NCBI RefSeq assembly: GCF_028641065.1
Contig: NC_073392.1
Location: forward strand, 44,578,001 to 44,642,000
Direction: 5' to 3'
Length of the DNA stretch: 64,000 nt
From: Leucoraja erinacea
Taxonomy: Eukaryota
The notes beneath the pieces were generated by a model, which was given only the letters and a program-made list of their open reading frames with translations, ran no database searches and had not been told where the DNA came from. Below, piece after piece: positions 37,606 through 49,100 of this stretch. The position numbers were made by a program, and so were the translations under genes. Positions within the stretch are counted from its first letter, which is position 1. Every line of letters begins with the position of its first letter.

Positions 37606-38768
37606 CTGGAAACAAAAACTCATATGTCAGGCTGTTATTCATTGACTACAGCTCGGCGTTTAACATCATCATCCCCTCCAAGCTGGTTACCAAGTCTCAG
37701 ATCTGGGTCTCTGCACATCCCTCTGCAATTGGATCCTCGACTTCCTCAACCACAGACCACAGTCTGTCCATATTTGTGAAAATGTGTCATCCTCGATAAC
37801 AATCAGCACGGGAGCACCTCAAGGCTGCGTGCTCAGCCCCCTGCTGTACTCACTCTATACTTATGACTGTGTAGCCGGACATAGTGCAAACTCCTTCATC
37901 AAGTTCGCCGACGACACCACTGTTGTGGGACAAATCACTGATGGTGACGAGTCAGAGTATAGAAGTGAGATCGACCGATTGACCAAATGGTGCCAGCACA
38001 ATAACCTGGCTCTCAACACCAGCAAAACCAAGGAACTGATTGTGGACTTTGGAAGGGGTAGGATAGGGACCCACAATCCCATTTATATCAACGGGACGAT
38101 GGTGGAAAGGGTCAAGAGCTTCAAATTCCTGGGTGTGCATATTTCCGAAGATCTTTCCTGGTCCCAGCACACTGATGCAACTATAAAGAAAGCATATCAG
38201 CGCCCCTACTTCCTGAGAAGATTACGGAGAGTCGGTATGTCAAAGAGGATTCTCTCGAACTTCTACAGGTGCACAGCATGCTGACTGGTTGCATCATGGC
38301 TTGGTTCGGCAACTTGAGCGTCCAGGAGCAGAAAAGAATGCAGAAAGTTGTGAACACTGCCCAGTCCATCATCGGCTCTGACCTCCCCACCAACGAAGTG
38401 ATCTATTGCAGTTGGTGCCTCAAAAAGGCTGCCAATATCATTAAGGACCCACACCATCCTGGCCACACACTCATCTCTCCGTTGCCATCAGGTAAAAGGT
38501 ACAGGAGCCTGAAATCTGGTACATCCAGGTTCAGGAACAGCTACTTCCCCACAACCATCAGGCTATTAAACTCGTCATCAAACAAACTCTGAACTACAAC
38601 AGCCTATTACATTCTATCTGTTTATTTATGTGTATATATATGGTCTATGCCATATAGACACACTGAACTGTTCTGTATTTATGCTTACGCTGTTGTGCTG
38701 CAGCAAGCAAGAATTTCATTGTCCTATCTGGGACACACATGACAATAAACTCTCTTGACTTGACTTGA
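37606..38768 (+). mobile_element. Rex1/Babar-like LINE fragment
   Basis: [37 protein letters not shown]; (cttga)n tail. Confidence 0.85.
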
Positions 38769-39244
38769 AATGAGTGATGGAACACCATATAATAACATAA
38801 AGAAACAAAAGCAGAACCAGCTAATTCAGATCCTCTCATCAAACCAGCCATTCAATAACACTGTTAATCTTTTACACAATATGTCCTGATTCGTTTAATA
38901 TCCAAAGCTGTTAAATAAGCTCAGTGACTGCGCCTCCACTGCTCTTTTCGATAGAGAATTCCGAAGATTTAAATGGTCTATGTGAAGACATTTCTTCTCA
39001 TATCAGGCCAACCTCTTATTTTGAGACTGTGCCCGAGGGAAAACATCAAAACCGTAATTCTTCATGGAGCTTGTTAAGAATTCTGAATGTTTCAATAGAA
39101 CCACCTTTCATTCACTGGAAATATAGATCCACTCTGTTTAATCATGGGAAAACATCTTACAACCCTGGTGAAACTTTGTTGCAGTCCCTCGAACTACACA
39201 CTGTCAGCAAATAGTAAGAGCTTCTCTACATATATAAATAGGTA

Positions 39245-40050
39245 GAAGGAGGCTAAGGTAGATGTGGAATCTCATGACAATGGGGCTGGTGAATTACTAA
39301 CTGGCAATAAAGAAATGGCAGATAAGTTAAATAAATAAAAGACTTCATGATAGAGGGCAGTTCAAGTATATTTGTAAATTAACAAATGTTCTAATTTCAA
39401 GTAATGGAGAGGAACTTGTTAAAAAAAAACACAATCCCAAGTGCTAATGTATTATAGATACTTAATAGGTTAAAGGCAGACTAACTCGTGGACCAGCTAG
39501 TCTGACCCAAGGTTTTCAAAATAAGTGGCTGCAGAACCCATTGATTGAAATTGTTCAAAACTCTCTAGAATGGTACCAGCAGATTTAATGCTAATGTAAC
39601 GATGTGAAGGATGAGGTTACACTTAGACGTTCATGACAAAATAGGATGAAGTTAGCATGGTTTTATGAGGGGGAGATCTTGCCTGACGAATCTGCTGGAA
39701 TTCCTTGAAGAAGCAAATAGCAGGACAAAGGAGAGCCAGTGGATATTTACCTAGATTTGCAGGGAGCCTTTGATAAGAAGGTGCCACACGTGAGGCTGCT
39801 AAGGAAGGTGAGAGTCTATAGTATCAAAGGGGAGATACCAGCATGGATAGCAAGTTGGCTGGATGGCAGAAGGATGGCAATAAACGGGGCTTTTTCTGGT
39901 TGGCTACCAGTGAGTGGTGGAGTTCTGCAGGGGTCTGTGTTGGGACCGCTACTCTTCGCGTTGTATACTGATGATTTGGATGAGGGGATTGAAGGCTCTG
40001 TGGCCAACTTTGCAGATTATATGAAAATAGGTGTAGGGGCAGGTAGTATA
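39245..40050 (+). mobile_element. Degenerate CR1 LINE fragment
   Basis: [26 protein letters not shown]. Confidence 0.8.
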
Positions 40051-40057
40051 GAGTTAC

Positions 40058-40575
40058 ACGTAAGGTCACTGGGTCATAGGGCTTGATGCACGGAACCGCT
40101 CAATCCATCTGGAGGACATCCGTAACTTCTGGTATATGTTATTAATGCAAGAAACACGTACTTTCCTACCTGTTAAAAAACGCCAAAATGTTAAATTTTT
40201 GCGCTGAAAAAATTTGTGGAAGTCGGGGTAAGTGTGAGAGACATGTACCCAACTTCAGAATTCCAAAAGTGAAGCGAAATGAAGGTAAAGAGAAGCAAGA
40301 GCTGAAGGGACAACAACAGCTAAAGTGCTTGGCGAACATTGGCTGTACAGATATCGCAATTGAAAATATTGGGAATTATCGCGTTTGCTCACTGCATTTC
40401 ATCACCAGTAAGGTATTATTTGTGGTTTTTCTTAATTCCTTTGGTATCTAAAAAGTCTCAGAAGTGATAAATCTGGCTGTAAATTTTTCTTCAGATGCGT
40501 TTTCATTTTGTATGTAAAAACCCACTTGAGAACCATGGGCGATTTAAAAAAATTTACAGCCAGATTTATCACTTC
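40058..40575 (+). mobile_element. DNA transposon remnant encoding a THAP domain (40188-40410)
   Basis: MLNFCAEKIC..FRIP..RVCSLHF C2CH THAP signature. Confidence 0.65.
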
Positions 40576-41029
40576 AGAAGGCTGTGGATGCCATGTCAAT
40601 GGACATTTTTATTGCAGAGATAGATAGATTCTTGATTAATTCGGGTGTCAGGGATTATGGGGAGATGACAAGAGAATGACAAGGACCTGTACTAATCAAG
40701 AACGCTGTGTTCTCAGTCCCTGCTCTATTCTCTCTATACTCATGACCGTGTAGCCAGACATAGTTCCAACAGCCTCTTTAAATTCACCGACAATACCACT
40801 GTGGTTGGATGAATAACGGGTGATGATAAGTCAGAGTACAGGAGGAAGATCGATAAAGTAACTGAAACGCTGCCAGAACAATAGTGCTTGATTTCTGCAG
40901 AGAAAGTCGCGTGTACTCCACTTGTCGTATGTAGCCACATACGGGTCATGGGTCGTGCTTTGCTTCGTGACACAACAGAATATAGTAGGCATAGGGAAAT
41001 GCAGAACAGACTTGGATAGGTGTGGAAAG

Positions 41030-41965
41030 TGGGCATACCAATGGGGACCCCATACTAGTTAGCAAATATGTGGATGATCTGGATTTGGTAGTTGAAGGCA
41101 ATTTCTCCAAGGGGAGAGGATCTAGACACTAAGCTGGGGGGTAGTGTGCGAGTGTGTGAGGAGGATTGCAAAAAGGAGACTGCAAGTCAAACTTGGATAG
41201 CTGGGTGAGTGGGCAAATGTTTGGCAGATGCAGTTTAATGTGGATAAATGTGAGGTTATCCATTTTGGTGGCAAAATACGGGAAAGTCAGGCCATTATTA
41301 TCTAAACGGTGGACCCCGATCTGGGGAAGGGGGATGTGCTGCGAGACCTGAGGAATGGTACACCAGTATTGAGGTAGGCAAGCATGGTGCAGCAGGCATA
41401 AAGAAAGCGAATGGCATGTTGGCTTTCATAGCAAGAGCATTTGACTCCATTGGGGAGGTTCTACTGCATTTAGAGGGATTGGTGAGACCATCACCTGAAG
41501 TATGTGAGCGTGCAGTTTTGGTCTCCATAATCAGAAGGAAGGACGTTCCTTGCCATAGAGGGAGTGCAGAGAATAATTTCACCAGACAGATTCCTGGGAT
41601 GTGCGGACTTATTGGCCACAGAAGACTGGATGGAGGCCATGTCACTCTTTAGAATTTAGGAGATTGAGAGGGGATCTTATAGAAACTTACAAAATTCTTA
41701 AGGGGTTGGACAGGCTAGATGCAGGAAGATTGTTCCCGATGTTGGGGAAGTCCAGGACAAGGGGTCACAGCTTAAGGATAAGGGGGAGATCCTTTAAAAC
41801 CGAGATGAGAAGAACTTTTTTCACACAGAGAGTGTTGAATCTCTGGAACTCTCTGCCACAGAGGGTAGTTGAGGCCAGTTCATTGGCTATATTTAAGAGG
41901 GAGTTAGATGTGGCCCTTGTGGCTAAGGGGATCAGGGGGTATGGAGAGAAGGCAGGTACGGGATA
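41030..41965 (+). mobile_element. CR1 LINE fragment (indel-rich)
   Basis: [32 protein letters not shown]. Confidence 0.85.
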
Positions 41966-42114
41966 CTTTATTGGATGTGTCAGCCAGGATCAATTAAATG
42001 GCTTGCAGGCTTCAAAACAACAGAAATAGGCCTACTAAATAATACAGAACCTAACAGATCAGTTTGACTATGTCTATGTTAATATATATATACACACACA
42101 TAAATAAACAGATA

Positions 42115-43195
42115 AAGTGCTATGGGCTATTAATGATCAGAGTTTTGTTAGAGTTGAGTTTGATAGCCTGATGGCTGCGGGGAAGAGCTATTCCTGAATC
42201 TGCAGGTTGCAGATTTCAGGCTCCTGTACCTTCTACCTGAAGGCAGCGGGGAGATGAGTGAGTGGCCAGGATGGTGTGGATCCTTGATGATGCTGCAAGC
42301 CTTTTTGGGGCCGCAGCTGCGATGGATCCCCTCGATGGTAGGGAGATCAGAGCCGATGATGGACTGGGCAGTGTTGACAACTTTTTGCAGTCTTTTCCAC
42401 TCCTGGGCGCTCAAGTTGCCGAACCAAGCCATGATGCAATCGGTCAGCATGCTCTCTCCATTTATACGAACGGTCTGTGAATGAGGAAGTTGAGGATCCA
42501 ATTGCAGAGAGATGCGCAGAGACCCAGTTCTGAGAGTTTGGTAACCAGCTTGGAGGGGATGATTGTGTTAAATGCCGAGCTATGGTCAGTGAATAACAGC
42601 CTGACATATGAGTTTTTGTTGTCCAAATGGTCCAAAGCGGAGTGGAGAGCCATCGAGATCGCATCCACTGTTGATCTGTCGTGGCGGTAAGTGAACTGCA
42701 GTGGGTCCAGATTTTTGTCGAGGTAGGAGTTGATTTGAACCATGATCAACCTCTCAAAGCATTTCATCACCACCGATGTTGGTCATTGAGGCACGTCACC
42801 TTGCTCTTCTTGACACCGGTATAATTGATGCCCTTTTAAAGCAGGTGGGAACCTCAGACCTCAGAAGTGAGAGGTTGAAAATGTCCGTAAAAACCCCAGC
42901 CAGTTGGTCCGCACAGGTTTTTAGAACAAGACCGGGAATGCCATCAGGACCAGGCGTTTTCCGAGGGTTCACCCCTCTGAAGGATTTTCTGACGTCGACC
43001 TCTGTGACCGTGACCGAAATACCATCACAGCGAATGGGGGCTCGAGAAGGCGCATCAGTGTTCTCCCCATCAAAGCGTGCGTAAAACGCATTGAGCTCGT
43101 CAGGGAGTGATGTTTTGCTGACGTGTGCGCTGCCTCCTGATTTCGCCTTGTAGGAGGTGATTGCATTCAGGACCCGCTGCCGAACATCAGTCTCA
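42115..43195 (-). mobile_element. Rex1/Babar-like LINE fragment
   Basis: [32 protein letters not shown]. Confidence 0.85.
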
Positions 43196-45054
43196 AATGC
43201 TCTACCAAATGCTTCACCAAATACACAAAACAAAATCCACAGGTGGAAGGTAGGTAGCATACTGACTGATTACATCATGGCCTGGTTCAATAACCCAAAT
43301 ACCCAAGAATGAAAAAAGCTGCAGAGAATGGTAGACATTGCCGATATTACAGGTACAGGCATCCCCACCTTCACAGGGATCAACAGGATCTCAAAAAGGC
43401 AGGTAATATCACCAGACCCAGAGCACCTTCACCACATTCTCATCTAGCTGTTATCATGGAAAGAAGGTACAGGAGTTTGAGAACTGTGACCTCCAGGTTC
43501 AAGAACAGCTTCTTCCTATCAACCATCTTGAACCACAGTGCACAACCCTAACCACATCCCTACCTCAGCAACGATATATTATGCAGCTTGTTTAGGTTGC
43601 ACTATACTTTGCTTTGTACTATTATGGTGTGGTTATCTAGTATAACTATATTTATTGTTTAGACAAAAATGCTGGAGAAACGCAGCGGGTGAGGCAACAT
43701 CTATGGAGCGAAGGAAATAGGCAACGTTTAGGGTCGAAACCCTTCTTCAGACATTTTTGCCTACCTTCGATTTTCCAGCATCTGCAGTTCCTTCTTAACC
43801 ATATAACCATATAACAATTACAGCACGGAAACAGGCCATCTTGGCCCTACAAGTCCGTGCCGAACAATTATTTTCCCTTAGTCCCACCTGCCTGCACTCA
43901 TACCATAACCCTCCATTCCCTTCTCATCCATATGCCTATCCAATTTATTTTGAAATGATACCAACGAACCTGCCTCTACCACTTCCACTGGAAGCTCATT
44001 CATTGTTTAGTTTAGTTTACAGATACAGCATTGAAACAGGCTCCGACCAGCGATCCTTGCACATTAACACTACCCTAGACACTAGGGACAATTTTTTATA
44101 ATTATATCAAGCCCATTAGCCTAGAAACCTGTACGTCTTTGGGAGTGTGGGAGGAACCCGAAGATCTTGGAGAAACCAAAGCAGGTCACATGGAGAATGT
44201 ACACACTCCACCAGTAGTCCGGATCAAACCCAGGTCTCGGTGGCTGTAAGGCAGCAACTCTAACGCTGTGCCACCGTGCATTGTGCACATTGATTATTGA
44301 TATTTATTTGTTGTGTTAAGCCTATTGTAACCCTGCAGCAAGCAAGAATTTCATTGTTCCCTGACAATTAAACATACTTGATACTCCAAAGGCAAACCAC
44401 TAAGCTAAGAGTTCAAGAGTTTAAGAGACATTTATTATCACATGCACCAATTGGTACAGTGAGATTTGAATGACCATACAGCCATACAAATAAAAAGAAC
44501 ACAATACACGATAGAATTTAAAATGAACAACCCCACACAGCAGAATCAATGTTTCCCATTGTGGGGGAAGGCAATAAAGTTGTGGGATGTGTGGGATGAG
44601 CGAATTTTTGTTCAATTAAGAGGCTAAACAGTTTAGATCTTTTCGGCCCAAAACGTTGCCTATTTCCTTCGCTCCATAGATGCTGCTGCACCCGCTGATT
44701 TTCTCCAGCATTTTTGTGTACCTTCGATTTTCCAGCATCTGCAGTTCCTTCTTGAACAGTTTAGATCTACGTTTTTTGGAGATTTGACGAATAAGAGGTG
44801 TCCTTATTCAAACATATAAAATCATACGAGGGCTTCACAGGATAGATCAAAGAGTAGATGAGTATAATATCCTCCTCTAGTATCTTTGGGATAGATGTTG
44901 AAATGTTTTAACAAGTGGGAGAGTCATGAACATAGGGACATGGCTGCAAAATAAGGATCCAGTCATGAGGTGCCCGAGGTGTGGAGAAATGTATTCTCCC
45001 AGATAGCAGTGAATATCTGGAATTCTCTGCCCCTGAGCATGGTGGAGGTCAGAC

Positions 45055-45087
45055 CAAAGATCCTATAGCTCCGCTATAGGATCTTTG
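45055..45087. mobile_element. 33-bp palindromic mini-element with 8-bp TSD
   Basis: caaagatcctatagc-tcc-gctataggatctttg flanked by GGTCAGAC on both sides. Confidence 0.75.
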
Positions 45088-45759
45088 GGTCAGACCATTA
45101 GATATATTTAAGGTGGAGGTGAGCAAATATGTGAAAGAAGAAGGAATTGTGAGTCATGGGGAACTGACACAGAAGAGTTGAGGTCATGATAGTTCAGCTG
45201 TGATCATATCGAGTGGCAGGGCAGACTTGAGGGACACAGTAACCTACTCCTGCTTTTATTTTATTTTGTTTTGGGGATGACTATGCATGTCATGTCAATT
45301 TATCCCCAGTAACATTTTAGGAGATTACACAGTAATTCATGTGTTCATAAAAAAAAACATTCAAACATTCCTATTGAGCTAAAACGGCGAAATCTTTAAC
45401 ATAACAATGTAGAACATGATCGTTCTCATCCTATGAATTGCACCGCTCCAAAGAATGTTGTAATTAGTTACTACACTTTCCGTTACATAACTGCAATTTA
45501 CTTCCACAATCTTGGTGAGAGCACAACACTGCCACGAAAACAGACTTTGCTAGGCATCCGTCATACTTTATAAAGAATAAAAAAAGTTAAGATGATAGTT
45601 ATTTTGGAGCGGGATCGATGCACACGTTGGCTGAGTAATCCAAAGAAAGTTGATGCAGGGAACCATCCTGTGGATGAAAATCAACGTCGGCTGTGATCGT
45701 GCAGAAGACAACTTGCCCGGCAACCAACACAAAAACAACATTTAAAAACACAGAAAGAC

Positions 45760-46152
45760 TTTACCTACTTTATTCGGGAAGTTTTGAATGAACAGCCGCC
45801 AACTGCCAACTCAGCATGGGACAGGACAGGCAGCGGGCCGTCTAACTCACTGCCTGAATCATCCGTGACCGTGCAACAAATCTAAAGAAGCGATGGTATG
45901 TCACTTTAGATTGATCCCAGGCTGGGAGTTGGTGGTTGTTATGTTTTATCATTTGTTGGGTGTGCGGGCGTTAGTTGGGCAGGTGGGCTGGTTGCTAAGG
46001 CGAGGGGGCCTTGTGGGGAATGATTGCGTCTCCTTAAGGCCAATGAGCCTATAGGATCTCTGCTTGCGGCGGCGGGAGGACGACGTGGACGGGCGGGCTG
46101 CGAGTGCACAGACAGCGGGGTCGCTGGCGGGAGCGGCGGAGAGGCCTAAAAG
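45760..46152. promoter_or_regulatory. Bidirectional CpG-rich promoter of GLT8D1/SPCS1, with candidate non-coding GLT8D1 exon 1
   Basis: CpG-rich, CCAAT at 46040, GC boxes; minus-strand donor candidates GTAAAG (45764) and GTGAGT (45850). Confidence 0.6.
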
Positions 46153-49100
46153 ATGATTTCCTACTTTAAATCGCTCCCTACTCACATGGTAAGAAGGAAG
46201 TGGAGGAGGAGAAATACTCGAGGCTCAGGCTGTGGCCTGTGGATAGGACGGGGCGGCCTGGCCTCGAGTGAGGGAAACTTCTGACTTTCTGTGTATAGCG
46301 ATTAGCAAACGGCTAGTATTAGTATTATCTCTCAAATACAAGGGGAAAAACGATAGGGGAAAGGCCGTCGGGTCTAGGTTTGAAGAAGGGTCTCGACCCG
46401 AAACGTCACCCATTCCCTTTCTCCAAAGATGCTGCCCGTCCCGTTGAGTTACTCCAGAATTTTGCGTCTATCTTGGGTTTGGGTTTGTTGCATTCGTCTG
46501 CACCGTAAACACCCTGCCCTCATCCCCACAATATGGTGCGATTGAACCATATTCGCGTCAATTGACAGCGTTTTCTCTCTTAAACCAACCCAGTGAACGT
46601 GCAGCTCACTCCAACACCATAAGGCCGCCCAGAGAGCCATTCCAGTCGATCACGGGAGATTTGCACCTTGGAGAAGCCCCTTCTCTTCGAAGATACATTT
46701 GGAAGGAAAGTTAGACAGGGAAGGGGAAGCAAATCAAATAGGCTCAGAAGGTGCTCGATGCGGAGTATAAACCCTGCCGTGGACATGCCGATTTTGTGCT
46801 GCATATATTTGTTTAAATACAGGATGCCGGCCTCTTTGTAGTTTTCAAGTCAGCTCGGAACATACAGATCAAAAATCGGGGTCGACATCTTCTACAACCG
46901 TTAATGACGCTGAGAGAGAGGTGTTTGTTGTATTGTAACGTAAACTGAATAGAACCGTGTTGTCATAGGCAGAGTGTGTTTGGGTTGGTGGAGAGTCAGT
47001 GATGGTGGCGGCGCAGCTAATGTGAACTGAGCAGAATGAAGCTCTCACTTTCTGTGTATGAGGATTAGAAAACGGACCACGATATATCTCATGCAAGGGG
47101 AACACGATGGAGATAGAACATCAGGTTTCGGTTTGTCGCATTAGTTTGCAGCGTAAAAATCTGACCCTTATCCCCACAATATTGAATATGGTGTGAGTGA
47201 ACCATACTCGCGGTATTGACGATATTTTCTCTTTAAATCAATCCAGTCGCCTCGGATGACTGCAGATAGGAATTGATTACATTTTTATCTGTGTCCAATT
47301 ACCCTTGATAATGTTATAATTTAAATATATTTGCTTTACATCAAAAATGTTCATATCGATTAATAATTACAGATGGAAATAGCCTGCCTAATCTTGTACT
47401 TTATCTCTCATCATCAAACTGTGAACAGTTTTGGCCTTCACTTACTGACAGCTGCCCCTTAAAACTAAGTGAAGTATAGTTAAAATTATGTTGACGTTTT
47501 TTTTTTTTAATGCAGTGTTTTTGTAAGTAATGGAAACATTGCATTGCAGTATAATGAAAAGTAAGCTTAAAGCTGAAAAAATTACACTTAACAGCATATT
47601 TCAAAATCAAAAAGTTGAGACATTTTATTTCCATGGATCTGCTTATAATAAGCTGACAAGTGTAGATTTTGAATTAGAAAATTAGATAAATCTACTTCAA
47701 CTGGGAAAGTGGACCAAGAAATAGCAGATGGAATTGAACTTGGAAAATATTCATTTTGTTATGTATTTAGTTAGGCCAGGAATTGCACAGTAAATGACAG
47801 GGCTCTGGAGAGTGTTTTAGAACAAAGGGTATAACTACATAGTTACTTAAAAGTGGTGAAGGTGACATTTGACACGTTTGCCTTTATTGAATACAATAGT
47901 TGGGATGTTATTTTACTGCTATCTAAAATATTGGTGAGACCACATTGTGAGAGTATTGTGTGTAGTTCTGGTTGCTCGACTATAGGAAGAATATCATTAA
48001 GCTTGAAAGGGTGCAGAAAAAGTTTATGAGGATGTAACTGGGACTTGGAGACTTGAGTTATAAGGAGAGACTGAATAAGCTGGAGTATTTTTCCCTGGGG
48101 TATGGTACAGAGGGGTGGGGGGCTTGAATACATTCAGAGATGAATGTCAGCCTTTTTCTCAGGTTTTGGAAATATAAAACCAGAGAATATAGATTTAAGG
48201 TGAAATGTAAAATATTTAAAGGAAACCCAGTGTGCAACTTTTTAACATGGTGCGTGTGGAATTATCTGCCAGAGGAAGTTGTAGAGGCGGGTACAATTAC
48301 ACCGTTTAAAAAGCATTTGGACAGGTGCATGGATAGGAAATGTTTAGAAGGATGGGGACCAAATGCAGATAAACAGGACTACTTTCTTAGTTGGCATGGA
48401 TGAGTTGCGATTGCTTGAAGCAGACTTATTATTGTCATATATACAGAAGTATGTTAGAAAGCTTTTTCGCAACTTTTGAATTGGCATCCAAACAGCAACA
48501 CATTTTCACAAGATATTGTTCCCATTCATATCACTGGATGGTAAGCCGCATCATGAGATGCCAAGATCTGGAGCAAAATAACATTTTTTTTCCCAGAGGT
48601 CAGAGCATTCATGTAGAAGACATATAACCATATAACAATTACAGCAGGGAAACAGGCCATCTCGGTCCTACAAGTCCGTGCCGACACAACTTTTTTTCCC
48701 TTAGTCCCACCTGCCTGCACTCATTCCATAACCCTCCATTCCCTTCTCATCCATATGCCTATCCAATTTATTTTTAAATGATACCAACGAACCTGCCTCC
48801 ACCACTTCCACTGGAAGCTCATTCCACACCGCTACCACTCTCCGAGTAAAGAAGTTTCCCCCTCGTGTTACCCCTAAACTTCTGTCCCTTAATTCTGAAG
48901 TCGTGTCCTCTTGTTTGAATCTTCCCTATTCTCAAAGGGAAAAGCTTGTCCACATCAACTTTGTCTATCCCTCTCATCATTTTAAAGACCTCTATCAAGT
49001 CCCCCCCCCCTTAACCTTCTGTGCTCCAGAGAATAAAGACCTAACTTATTCAACCTATCTGTAACTTAGTTGTTGAAACCCAGGCAACATTCTAGTAAAT

